A stretch of 64,000 nt of DNA from an uncultured candidatus Brocadiaceae bacterium (GCA_964592385.1 CAZQEQ010000006.1:1328-65327); one strand, 5' to 3'. Shown: positions 27,341 to 36,849, counted from the first letter of the stretch. Numbers and translations are program-made. The notes: generated by a model from the sequence alone, not told the origin.

Positions 27341-27736
27341 GTGGCACGACGAAGAAGCCGCACGCTGACCGAAGTCGAACTGGAGTTCATGCAGGTCGTC
27401 TGGAACCGTGATGAGGTGACCACCGAGGACGTCCGCGAGGCGCTCGCCGCGCAGGCGCGCGACCTGACCGGCGGCTCGGTGCGGAAGGTCCTCTCCATCC
27501 TGGTCGATAAGGGTTACCTGACCCGCCGCCAGGAGGGGCGCGGCTTCATCTACAGGGCCACCGTGCCCGAGGAGGAGGCGAACCGCAACCTGCTCGCCGA
27601 CCTGCTCGGGCGCGCCTTCGACGGCTCCGCCGCGCTCATGGTGGCCGCCCTGCTCGACGCCCGCCCCGTGAGCCACCGCGAGCTGGAGGAGATCAAGCGG
27701 CTCATCGCCCAACGCGAAGCGGAGGAGCAGCCATGA
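27341..27736 (+). CDS. BlaI/MecI/CopY family transcriptional repressor
   Basis: LTEVELEFMQVVW...SVRKVLSILVDKGYL...EGRGFIY...FDGSAALMVAALL; coupled to the M56 gene. Confidence 0.92.
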   Translation: MARRRSRTLTEVELEFMQVVWNRDEVTTEDVREALAAQARDLTGGSVRKVLSILVDKGYLTRRQEGRGFIYRATVPEEEANRNLLADLLGRAFDGSAALMVAALLDARPVSHRELEEIKRLIAQREAEEQP

Positions 27737-30700
27737 ACGCCGCCGAGCTGTGGTCGGCGTTGGACCGCGTCGGGTTCGGGACGCTGAGGATGCTCCTCTC
27801 CGTCCTCTGGCAGTCGTCGCTGCTGCTGCTGGCCGTCTGGCTGATAGGCGTGGCGCTGCGGCGGCGGCGCGCGGCGGTGCGGCACGCGCTCTGGGCGGGC
27901 GCGCTGCTGGCGATGCCGTTGATACCGCTCCTGGCGTGGGCGGCCAGCGGCGTCGGCGCGCCGCAGGCCGAGGTCGCCGTCATGCCCGCTTACCGGCCGA
28001 TGCCGGCGGCGTTCGAGCCGATGCCGGCCGAGCCGCTGCCCGCCGCGCCGACGATTCAGGAGGCGCCCGAGCCCGAGGCGGTCGGCCTCCGTCTGCTGGA
28101 CTATCCCTGGGCGCTCGGCCTGATCGCGTACGCCTCCGGCGCGGCTGGCATCCTGGCGCTCGTCGCGCTCGGCAGGCTCCGCATCCGGCGCTGGGTGCGC
28201 GCCGGGCGACAGGTCGTGGACCCGGACGTCCTGCTGGCCTTCTCGGAGGCGTGGGAGGAGCTGGGGCTGGCCCGAGAGGTGCGCGTGCTGGAGAGCGACA
28301 CCGTGCCGACGCCGATCACCGTGGGCGTGTTCCGCCCGCAGGTGCTGCTGCCGGAGGGCTTGCTGATCACGCTTTCCGCCGGGGAGACGCGCGCCGTGGC
28401 GCTGCACGAGCTGGCGCACGTGCGGCGGCGGGACCCGCTCGTGCTCGGGCTGGTCTCGCTCTTGAGGGCGCTCCTGTTCTTCCATCCGCTGGTCTGGGTG
28501 GCGGCGCGGCAGGTGGCGCACCTGGCCGAGGACGCGGCGGACGACGCCGTCCTGGACGCGGGCGAGGCGCCGGTGCCTTACGCCGGGCTCCTGACGCGGC
28601 TGGCGGAGGAGCTGCCCCGGCGGGCGATCTCGACCGAGCTTGCGGCGGGGATCGTGCTGACGCGGAGCGCCTTCTTCCGCCGCATCCAGGCGATTCTGTC
28701 GGACCGGCGGGAGGAGATACGTCGCCTGACGCACCGGGTCCTCGCCGGCACCGTCATCGCGGCCCTCGTCTCGCTCGGCGTCGCCCTGGCCCTGCCGCTG
28801 GGGGAAAGGGCAGAGACAGTCTCCGCTCGACCTCGAGTCGAGCCGGAAGACGCGGCCCGGCAGGTGGTGGAGGCGCTGTCGAAAGGGGACCTGGGCAAGG
28901 CCGAGGCGGCCTTCATCACGCGGGAGGAGTTCGCCCGGACCTTCGCTGGCGCCGAGGCCGACCGCGCATACGAGAAGCTGCACGGGCTCTTCGTCGAGTC
29001 CCTCAAACTGCTCGGGCCGGAGCTGGCCGGGGCGCGATTCGTGCGGATGGACATGCACTTCGCCCGCGAGCCGGTCAAGGTGCCGGCCGGGAAGAACTTC
29101 GGGATGCCCGGACTCGACCTCCGCGAGGACACGTGGGCGCTGGACAACGTGCAGGCCGTCATCAACGTCGAGGGACGCGAGGGATCGCTGATACTGGATG
29201 CCATGGTCGAGGTGAACGGCTCCTGGCGGCTCCTTTCCCCACTGGACATCCGGCTCAGCGAACCCAAGACCGTCGCCGCCGCCGGGCTGGACCACCAGGT
29301 GGTCAGGGGGCTGGCGACCTTCCGCACCGCGGAGAGGGCCTACCGGGCCGAACACGGCTCCTATGCCGAACAGGAGGTGCTCGCAAGGGAGGGATTGTTC
29401 ATCAGCCCGGACGATTTCGCAAAGCTGCCGCACGTCTCGTACGGAGAGTTCCGGGTGGTGGACGTAACGGACTCAACGTTTACAGTCGAGTGGACGCGGC
29501 CGGCCGCCGGCCCGGCGTCGGAGCACCCCCACGCCTGCGTGGGGATGGACCAGGACGGCAAGATCACGAGGAGCGATGAGGCCCCGTCGGCGCCGGAGGG
29601 CGTGTGCTTTGGCCCGGTGATCGAGCGGGTGGTCAACGACGACAGCGTGCAGGCGGATGTTTACGTCGATTTTGACACCGGAAAGCTCTTCACGAGGCCT
29701 GATGATGTGCTTGGCTTTGAGAAGAACGTGAAGTGGTTCAGAGACCGGGGGATCGACGCGCTCTGCGACATAGATGCGCCGGTCTCTGGCCTGGTGGGTA
29801 TTGACATGGTCGTCCATCCCTTCTCTGCGGAAGTCCAAATGTGGGAGAGGATGACCGCGCGCAACCTGAAGGAGCAGGAGTTCTGGACCTTCGCCCGCCC
29901 CGGATTCCCGGTTTATTTCAGCGCCGTTGGTGACCTTCCGGCCACGTATGCCTTCAAGACCCGCGAGGGCGGGATGGGCATCCTCCAGATAGTCGGCTTC
30001 ACCGAGGACCCGCCCGGCGTCAAGATCCGCTACAAGATGGTGCAGGGGGCCGACGGATCCGGCCCCGTAGCGCGCGTCACCTTGCCTTCGATCCGGCCCG
30101 CCGTGGACAGGAGCGAACGCGAACGGGCTGAGATAGAGCTGTTCGACCTGCGGGCTATGAAGACGGTCAAGATCGGCATAGAGCCGGGCGTCACGGAGTC
30201 GGCCCGCGACGACAACGCGTTCAAGGCTATCATCCGGCGCGTGGACGCCGGCCTGATGTACGAAGACGATAATTCGGGACTGACCGCCATCGGCGGGGCA
30301 ATGATGGCCGATCTGAAAGACTGGGACGGCGACCGCGTCCTCACTGCGGATAGCCTCGCGGAGTTCGTGATTGCCGAGGAAAGAAAACGCGCTAAGGGAT
30401 CCTGGTTCCGAGTGCCCCTGATGCGCTCGGAGTCGGTGGATATCGGCGACCACTATGGACTCCTTGCGCCGGACGCTGGCGCTTACCTCGTTCGGATACT
30501 GGCGATCACCGATACCCCGCCGGCCGTGGGGCTGGAGGTCCGCAAGCTCGGCCGGGTTGACATGGACAGCCTGTTGCCTGAGGCCCCTGGCGCGGCCGCC
30601 GCCGCGGACGACGAACTGAAAGAGCGGCTCATGGGGCAGGTGGAGGAGTTCTTCGCCCACAACTTCCGCGACGTCAAGCAGCGCAAGACCGTCGCGTGGG

Positions 30701-33108
30701 GTGAGGTCTCCCGCGACGAGGACGGCAGCTACCGCATCCCCTACACCTACGAGGCGCGCATCTGGAACAGCGAGCCCGTCCTGTTCCGGCAGGTCTTCAC
30801 GTTCGACGCCGACGGGGACTACATCCGCGTCGAGACCGACCGGAGCATCCGCGACGGCAGCCGGCAGGAACTGATCGGGCTGGTGGAGCACTTCTTCGGG
30901 AAGAACTACCGCGACATCACGGCGCGCAAGACCGTCGAGTGGGGCGACGTGACGCGCGGCGCCGACGGCAACTACTCGATCCGCTACAGGTACGAGGCGA
31001 CGATCCGCAACAAGGACCGGATCACGAGGGACCAGGTCTTCACCTTCGACCCCGACGGCGCGTTCATCCGCGTGACCGACCCGGCGGGAGCGGAGGCGGA
31101 GCGGCTGACCGGGGAGCACCTGGAGGAGATGTCTGGCGGACAGGACTGGTGGCCGGACGTCGTGACGGTCACTCCGGGCGGCGAGTCGCAGGGCGGCCGG
31201 GTCTTCTTCGTGGATGAGGTGACCGGCGAAGGCACGGCGGTCGCGCTGCGCGTGACGGCCTTCGTGCTCACGCCCGACGTGGCCGAGAGGATGGGATTCG
31301 CCGAAACCGCCGCGAACGTCCTGGGCGTCTCGCCCGACAGATTGACCGCAGAGGACCCGGACACGGTCACCCGAACCGTGGAGGCCGGAACGGAGACCCG
31401 GAGATTCCTGTCTCCGAGGGCATTCCCCGGATGGGTCAGGTCCTGGTTCGACTGGCGCCAGACCGTGTTGTCCCACCCCCGTGTCCCCCTGCCGGGCCTC
31501 CCTGAGGGCGTGGCCGTGCGTCCCCTGGTCTCGTCTGACTGCCGCTATGTGTTCGTCGAGTACGCCGTTGGCGCGGGCGAGCGCGAACCGGTGGGCCGGG
31601 TCGCGGCAGTTCAGGACGGGGGCGCGTTCATCATGTGCAAGGGCGGCCTCGCGGCGGAGCAACTCGCCCGCCGGTGGCTCGGCGAAGAAGGGATGGCCGG
31701 CCTCCAGGGGAAGCCGCCGGTCGTTGTGCTCGTCCTCCAGGCCCGGGTGACCCAAGCCAGGCAGACGGAGGGGCCGAGCGCGGGTGCCGGCGCGCAGGCA
31801 CGTTGGGTGCAGGTGCGCGAGCAAGGCGGGCGCATAGCGCTCCCAGCAGGCTACGGCCCGCCGCGGGAGGGGCCGGCGGCCGGGCCACAGATATACGTCC
31901 GGATGAAGGTGATTGAGGTGACGGAGCAGGGGGAGAAGGTCATCTCGTCGCCGAACATGATACTGGCGGACGGCCAGACCGCGACGATCGACACGACCCG
32001 CACCATCGCCGAAGTGCTCCCAGACCTGCCGGACGACGTGCTGGAGAAGTTCGGGCATCAGAAGGTCGGGACGAGCGTGACCGTGACGCCGCGCATGGTG
32101 CAGGTCGCCGGCCCGCCTCCGCAGACGATGATCGAACTGGACATCGAGTACAGCCTGCGCGAGGTCGCCGGGCACGCGGAAGGGACGGGAGCGCCCGTTC
32201 TCAACGTGAAAGAGTTCAGCACGTCCGTGCGCGTCCCGGACGGCGTGGAGAAAACCGTCAGCGGCCTGGAGGGCGAGGGCGGGGCGCCCGGCCTCAAGTT
32301 CATGGTCAAGGCGAAGGTGGTGGCGCTCGAAGACACCCGGGCGGAGGAGCAGGCGGAGGTGCGCGTGTACCCCGTGCGGGACCTGGTCTTGTCGCCTGAA
32401 GACGAGGGGCTGGCCGCCGACGAGGCCGAGGCCGCCGCGCGCGAGGGGGCCGAGGAGCTGGCCCGGCTGTTCCGTGGGATCCTGGGCGTGGATGCCGGCG
32501 GCTCCGTCCGGGCGAGCGAGATAAAGGACGGGGAAGCCGCGCCGTGGGTCGGTGTGCTCGAAAGTGATCCGGGGGTGATTACCGTAAGAGCGAGCCGGGA
32601 GCAGCACAAGCGGATGGAGGAGTGCCTGAAGGCGCTCCGCAAGTCCCTGGAAGTGCACGTGCAACTGGAGATCCAGGCGTTCGTGCTCGAGCGTGGCGCC
32701 GTTCCGCCCACACCGCTGGCGGAGACCGGCCTGTCGTTCCCGTTCAAGGACGCGCAGTGGTTCAAGACGGTATCGCTTATGCTACGCAACGGTCAGAGGA
32801 AGGGCCTCCCCGAGTTGGGCGGGGCGCAGGTCCGCCCGGTCGCTTCGCACGATCGCGCCCACGTGTTTCTCGAGGTCGATCTGTTGCCGGCGGTCGAAGA
32901 GCCGCCCGAGTTGGGCAACGCAAGGTATCCGTTCGTCGTTGCGGACGGCGGGGCGCACCTGCTGTTGGAAGACGGCCCCCTGGCGCCGCTCATTGCGAGG
33001 GCGTGGGTCGGGGAAGAGGCGGCGGAAGGGATGGACCTGGACGGCTGCGCCGTCGCGCTGCTGGCCAAGCCGCGCCTGATCATCCTGGAGGAAGTGCGGG
33101 TGCGCTGA
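27733..33108 (+). CDS. M56 family (BlaR1/MecR1-like) metallopeptidase with a very large modular extracytoplasmic region
   Basis: N-terminal TMs, LHELAHVRRRD (HExxH), FFHPLVW, EDAADDAV; followed by about 1400 aa of extra domains. Confidence 0.92.
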   Translation: MNAAELWSALDRVGFGTLRMLLSVLWQSSLLLLAVWLIGVALRRRRAAVRHALWAGALLAMPLIPLLAWAASGVGAPQAEVAVMPAYRPMPAAFEPMPAEPLPAAPTIQEAPEPEAVGLRLLDYPWALGLIAYASGAAGILALVALGRLRIRRWVRAGRQVVDPDVLLAFSEAWEELGLAREVRVLESDTVPTPITVGVFRPQVLLPEGLLITLSAGETRAVALHELAHVRRRDPLVLGLVSLLRALLFFHPLVWVAARQVAHLAEDAADDAVLDAGEAPVPYAGLLTRLAEELPRRAISTELAAGIVLTRSAFFRRIQAILSDRREEIRRLTHRVLAGTVIAALVSLGVALALPLGERAETVSARPRVEPEDAARQVVEALSKGDLGKAEAAFITREEFARTFAGAEADRAYEKLHGLFVESLKLLGPELAGARFVRMDMHFAREPVKVPAGKNFGMPGLDLREDTWALDNVQAVINVEGREGSLILDAMVEVNGSWRLLSPLDIRLSEPKTVAAAGLDHQVVRGLATFRTAERAYRAEHGSYAEQEVLAREGLFISPDDFAKLPHVSYGEFRVVDVTDSTFTVEWTRPAAGPASEHPHACVGMDQDGKITRSDEAPSAPEGVCFGPVIERVVNDDSVQADVYVDFDTGKLFTRPDDVLGFEKNVKWFRDRGIDALCDIDAPVSGLVGIDMVVHPFSAEVQMWERMTARNLKEQEFWTFARPGFPVYFSAVGDLPATYAFKTREGGMGILQIVGFTEDPPGVKIRYKMVQGADGSGPVARVTLPSIRPAVDRSERERAEIELFDLRAMKTVKIGIEPGVTESARDDNAFKAIIRRVDAGLMYEDDNSGLTAIGGAMMADLKDWDGDRVLTADSLAEFVIAEERKRAKGSWFRVPLMRSESVDIGDHYGLLAPDAGAYLVRILAITDTPPAVGLEVRKLGRVDMDSLLPEAPGAAAAADDELKERLMGQVEEFFAHNFRDVKQRKTVAWGEVSRDEDGSYRIPYTYEARIWNSEPVLFRQVFTFDADGDYIRVETDRSIRDGSRQELIGLVEHFFGKNYRDITARKTVEWGDVTRGADGNYSIRYRYEATIRNKDRITRDQVFTFDPDGAFIRVTDPAGAEAERLTGEHLEEMSGGQDWWPDVVTVTPGGESQGGRVFFVDEVTGEGTAVALRVTAFVLTPDVAERMGFAETAANVLGVSPDRLTAEDPDTVTRTVEAGTETRRFLSPRAFPGWVRSWFDWRQTVLSHPRVPLPGLPEGVAVRPLVSSDCRYVFVEYAVGAGEREPVGRVAAVQDGGAFIMCKGGLAAEQLARRWLGEEGMAGLQGKPPVVVLVLQARVTQARQTEGPSAGAGAQARWVQVREQGGRIALPAGYGPPREGPAAGPQIYVRMKVIEVTEQGEKVISSPNMILADGQTATIDTTRTIAEVLPDLPDDVLEKFGHQKVGTSVTVTPRMVQVAGPPPQTMIELDIEYSLREVAGHAEGTGAPVLNVKEFSTSVRVPDGVEKTVSGLEGEGGAPGLKFMVKAKVVALEDTRAEEQAEVRVYPVRDLVLSPEDEGLAADEAEAAAREGAEELARLFRGILGVDAGGSVRASEIKDGEAAPWVGVLESDPGVITVRASREQHKRMEECLKALRKSLEVHVQLEIQAFVLERGAVPPTPLAETGLSFPFKDAQWFKTVSLMLRNGQRKGLPELGGAQVRPVASHDRAHVFLEVDLLPAVEEPPELGNARYPFVVADGGAHLLLEDGPLAPLIARAWVGEEAAEGMDLDGCAVALLAKPRLIILEEVRVR

Positions 33109-33130
33109 GAGCCCCGGGCAAGACGAATTC

Positions 33131-33219
33131 ACCGCCGAGAACGCAGAGGGCGCAGAGCCGAGAAAGGCTTCGTGCCGCAGGTTCCTGGCTTTCTCTGCGC
33201 CCTCCGCGGGCTCTGCGGT
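33131..33219. repeat. Element bounded by 27-bp imperfect inverted repeats with 9-nt periodicity
   Basis: 33131-33157 vs reverse complement of 33193-33219: 23/27 identical. Confidence 0.7.
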
Positions 33220-33255
33220 TGGGCGTGTTTGGCGTTGTCATGGGAGGTGGGCGAC

Positions 33256-34476
33256 ATGGGTACGGAGAAGCGGACGGGACTGAGAGCTGGGTTGGCTATC
33301 GGGGCGGTTCTCCTTCTCGCGGGCGGGCTGCGGGATGCCGAGGCAGTTGTCCTAACGGACGCCTGGGTCAGCTTTGAGCGCGCGCCTCAAGCGGCCGTGC
33401 AGGAACAGCCGCGCTGGGAGTACATCCAGGCGCGCGCGGAAGGCGGCGACCTGCAGGCGATAATGAGCAGGCTCGGCGCCCAGGGATGGGAGGTGTTCGA
33501 GGTGGTGCCGTTTTACGGCGCCGGGGCCAACCTGCGAATGTCGTACTACGTACTGGCGCGCCGACCCGCAGGCGCAGGCGCCCGCGAACGGACGGCTGAG
33601 CCCGGTAAGGCAATCGTTCCCCATCCGACCTACCAGCGCCGCCCGGCGGCCCCGCCGGAGATAGACTTCCCCGACGCGCCGCCCACGCGCGTGTTCCAGG
33701 TAATCGGCGACTTGCCGGAGACCGAGTTCTCCACGTGGCAGTACACCGGCGTCGCCCTGGTCGAGGGCGACACGCTCTACATCCAGGCCGACGGCGAGGT
33801 CATCTACGCCTCGGACGCAACGGTCGGGCCGGACGGCCGCGGCAACACGTATTCCCCCTCGCTGCTGCCGCAGGTCTCGTTCTCGTCCCTGGTCGGTCGG
33901 GCGGGGGACCAGTTGCTCGACGACGGCTACGATTCCAGCGGGCGCGGGCTCTACGGCCGGGGCTTCGTCGGGTCCCGCCTCAAGTGGCAGAAGCGCGGCT
34001 CCAGTTGGGGCCAGCTCTACCTGGCCGTCAACGACAGCGCCGACAACGACAACTACGGCGCCTTCCGCGCCAGCATATGGGTCGTGCGCGACGGGAAGGT
34101 GCTCCCGCCCCTGCCTGCCCCCGGCCCATCCCGGGAACCTGCAAACCTTCTGAGAGAACTGGGCGTCGGGGCATTCCGAAAGGATGCAAATGCCACCTGC
34201 ACCCGCGCTCTGAAGGCGGGCTTCGGGGAGAGCGGCGGCGACATCCCGTCCGAGCATTGGGGGGAGGCGATCCAGCAGTTGAAGCCCCGCCGCGTCTGCC
34301 TGCACCGGGTCAACCTTGTCGTCGTCCTGCAAGCGTACGGCGGGGCCGAAAGGGGGCTGTACTTCGTGCCCCTCATTTCCTCGTACAGGCCGCCAAGCGG
34401 GCAGGACGGATTCGGGTTGACGGAGCTTGACGCCGGCATCATCTATAAGTTCCGCAGGGAAGTGAAGGGAGAATAG
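33256..34476 (+). CDS. Exported modular protein: DUF4177-like + LecA/PA-IL-like lectin domain + unknown C-terminal domain
   Basis: Signal peptide; RWEY...LGAQGWEV; WQYTGVALVEGDTLYIQADG...SLVGR...LYLAVND...DNYGAF; GGGAGG RBS. Confidence 0.65.
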   Translation: MGTEKRTGLRAGLAIGAVLLLAGGLRDAEAVVLTDAWVSFERAPQAAVQEQPRWEYIQARAEGGDLQAIMSRLGAQGWEVFEVVPFYGAGANLRMSYYVLARRPAGAGARERTAEPGKAIVPHPTYQRRPAAPPEIDFPDAPPTRVFQVIGDLPETEFSTWQYTGVALVEGDTLYIQADGEVIYASDATVGPDGRGNTYSPSLLPQVSFSSLVGRAGDQLLDDGYDSSGRGLYGRGFVGSRLKWQKRGSSWGQLYLAVNDSADNDNYGAFRASIWVVRDGKVLPPLPAPGPSREPANLLRELGVGAFRKDANATCTRALKAGFGESGGDIPSEHWGEAIQQLKPRRVCLHRVNLVVVLQAYGGAERGLYFVPLISSYRPPSGQDGFGLTELDAGIIYKFRREVKGE

Positions 34477-34515
34477 CGCAGGCGATCACACAATCGGCCT
34501 TTGGAGGTGTACGGG

Positions 34516-34900
34516 ATGAGCGCGAGGAAGCGGGCGCTGTGGCGGGGCGTGGTTCTGCTCCTGGCGGGTGGGCGTGATGGCGGCGCAGGCGGGCTGCCTG
34601 TTGACGTACGACCACCACGTCAATGTGACCGGCGCCAAGGTCGCCGAGGCGGACCTCGATACACTGGAGGCGGGCAAGACGACACGAGAGGACCTCGTGC
34701 GCGCCTTCGGCAAGCCGACGCAGAGCCTGTCGCTCGAGGATGACAGGGAGTTGCTCGTCTACGTTCACAAGCGGAACGCCTGCACGGACACAGTGGTATT
34801 CCTGCTCTTGTGCAGCAACTCAGGGGACTCCAAGACCGTCCGGTTCAACTTCGAGCTTGAGAACGGCGTCGTTCTGCGGCACTGGACGGAGGAACTCTGA
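34516..34900 (+). pseudogene. SmpA/OmlA-like lipoprotein split by a 1-bp frameshift in the signal peptide (or sequencing error)
   Basis: ATG 34516 with GGAGG gives MSARKRALWRGVVLLLA; removing G34567 joins it to VGVMAAQAGC...AGKTTREDLVRAFGKP (ORF 34568-34900). Confidence 0.6.
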
Positions 34901-34905
34901 CCGCG

Positions 34906-34970
34906 CGTTGAAGAATGTAGCTCAGCCGCCCCCGGCTGAGAAGTCCACAGGCGGGGGCGCCTGTGCTACA
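34906..34970. repeat. REPIN-like double-hairpin element, copy 1
   Basis: TGTAG-CTCAGCCG/CGGCTGAG-CACAGGCG/CGCCTGTG-CTACA; 61/65 identical to 37538-37602. Confidence 0.8.
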
Positions 34971-34996
34971 GCGCCACAGAGAGGGGCGCTTGCTAT

Positions 34997-35070
34997 CCCC
35001 CTCCCTCTGGGAGGGGGCAGGGGGAGGGTTCTGTCCCCTCATCCCAACCCTCTCCCGGCGGGAGAGGGGG
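34997..35070. repeat. Paired CCCTC(T)CCC/GGGAG(A)GGG hairpin repeat
   Basis: CCCCCTCCC-TCT-GGGAGGGGG and CCCTCTCCC-GGC-GGGAGAGGG hairpins. Confidence 0.6.
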
Positions 35071-35130
35071 CCGGGCTGCGGCAAGGTCAGCCGAAGTCGC
35101 GCGCGACATACGATACGTGAGGAGGGTGCC

Positions 35131-36744
35131 ATGAGGCGGGCATGGATCGCCGGGGCGTTGTGTCTGGTCGTGGTGTCCGTGGGCTACGCCTTTGCGGCGA
35201 AAGGGGCGGAGCACGTCCTTTCGCCGGAGGAGTTGGGGCAGGCACTCGTGCGGCAGCAGGAGGGGGTGGATAAGGCCGACTCGTTCCTGCTCGAATGGGA
35301 GGTGTCGCCGGCCGATGCCCCGGACCAGCCGCGGAACAGGCACGTCGTCGCGTGGCGGAATGGCGACAGCTATTACCGTCACGAGAGACTTGCGGACGGC
35401 CACACGAACACGGCCGCGATCCGCAACGGCGTCACCACGACGCTCGCCACCTCGACCAAGCGGGAACCGGAGGCCCACATCTGGCCCTTCCCTTATGGCG
35501 ATGTTCACCCGCTCAGAATGGCGTGGGTCTTCTTCCCCGTCCTGCATCACTTCTGGAACGATGACATGGCGGGAGCCGCGCTCCGCCAGGCGTCCGCGTC
35601 GCGGCGTGAGCTGCTCAGGCGCGTCGCCGAGGCGGAGGAAGGGCGCAAGCTCGCGTCGGACCAGGAACTGCTCGCGGCGCTCTTGAGGCAGTACGGCAGC
35701 GGCTCTGAGATGTACCGGCCGCAGTCCGTCACGTTGCCGGAGGATACGCACCGGCCGGCCGAGGGGAATCTCGCATTCGCCTGCCGGCTCGGCCGGAGGG
35801 GCTGGTTCTCCATCGTCGAGCTTGACGCGCGGAGCCTGTGGCTGAAGCGGCTCGTGACCTTCGTGAACAGAAGGGACATGCCGGATGAGGTCGCGCAGCG
35901 GTTTCACACGGAGGACCCCATCGAAGTGGCGGAGACGTGGGAGCTTCAGGCCACCTACGCTCTCGGTTGGCGCAGGATTGAGTTCTCCGAGCACCGCGAG
36001 CTGCCGCTGGGGATCGTGATGCCGACGCGCGTGGACTTCCACTCGTGCCGGCCGGATGGCGAGGAGTGGACGCACAACGTCTATCGCGTGACGCGCGTCG
36101 AGGTGAACTCGAACCTGTCGGACGAGCAGTTCGAGATCGACTTCCCCGAAGGCACGGACGTATATGACGGCAGCTACGACCCGCAGGGCTTCATCGCGGT
36201 CCGCTACACGCAGGACAGCGCCCGCACCGGGGAGGAGTGGCAGAAGGTCCTTGCGGAGGGCATGGTGGAAGTCAACGCGGAGCTTGAGCAGCGGCGCGAG
36301 ATTGACGCGATGCTGGGCAGGCCGGCGCCGGAGCTGAGCGCGCGGGCCTGGGTCAAAGATCCGGCCGTGGGCCTGGCCGATCTGAAAGGACGCTACGTCG
36401 TCCTGCTTTTCTCCTCGTTGGGCTGTGGCCCGTGCGTGCGCGAGGCGCCCGGGCTTCCCCGGATGGCGGAGCGGCTGGCGCAGGCCGGCGGAAGTCTGGT
36501 GAACGTGTTTGCGGCGAATGACAGCGAAGATAAGGTGCGGGAACTGGCCGAGGCGAACGGGTTGGAGTTCCCCATCTGCATCTCCACGGGCGACGGGTGG
36601 GGGGACGTCTTCGCGGCCTACCACGTGGAATACATTCCCAAGGCGTGCCTGATCGACCCGGAAGGGAACTTCCTCGCGCAGGGCGGCTCGTGGGAGCTGT
36701 GCAACTTCGTCGAGCAGATCCACAAGCTGGCCGGCGAGGAGTGA
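35131..36744 (+). CDS. Exported protein with C-terminal TlpA/redoxin domain
   Basis: Signal peptide; APELSARAWV...LKGRYVVLLFSSLGCGPC (CxxC), YHVEYIPKACLIDPEG; N-terminal part LolA-like (tentative). Confidence 0.75.
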   Translation: MRRAWIAGALCLVVVSVGYAFAAKGAEHVLSPEELGQALVRQQEGVDKADSFLLEWEVSPADAPDQPRNRHVVAWRNGDSYYRHERLADGHTNTAAIRNGVTTTLATSTKREPEAHIWPFPYGDVHPLRMAWVFFPVLHHFWNDDMAGAALRQASASRRELLRRVAEAEEGRKLASDQELLAALLRQYGSGSEMYRPQSVTLPEDTHRPAEGNLAFACRLGRRGWFSIVELDARSLWLKRLVTFVNRRDMPDEVAQRFHTEDPIEVAETWELQATYALGWRRIEFSEHRELPLGIVMPTRVDFHSCRPDGEEWTHNVYRVTRVEVNSNLSDEQFEIDFPEGTDVYDGSYDPQGFIAVRYTQDSARTGEEWQKVLAEGMVEVNAELEQRREIDAMLGRPAPELSARAWVKDPAVGLADLKGRYVVLLFSSLGCGPCVREAPGLPRMAERLAQAGGSLVNVFAANDSEDKVRELAEANGLEFPICISTGDGWGDVFAAYHVEYIPKACLIDPEGNFLAQGGSWELCNFVEQIHKLAGEE

Positions 36745-36849
36745 TCCTGGCGCGCTGAGTTCGGCGCTTGGCGACCTGCGAGCGGCGGTGTAGCATTGGG
36801 GCGTACGCGCAGATTACGGGAAACGGGGATGGGCAAGGAGGGCGTCGGG

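Noticed and set aside
12891-33219. Periodic 7-, 9- and 10-nt repeats as CRISPR arrays
   Set aside because: No repeat-spacer alternation, units too short, and no cas genes.
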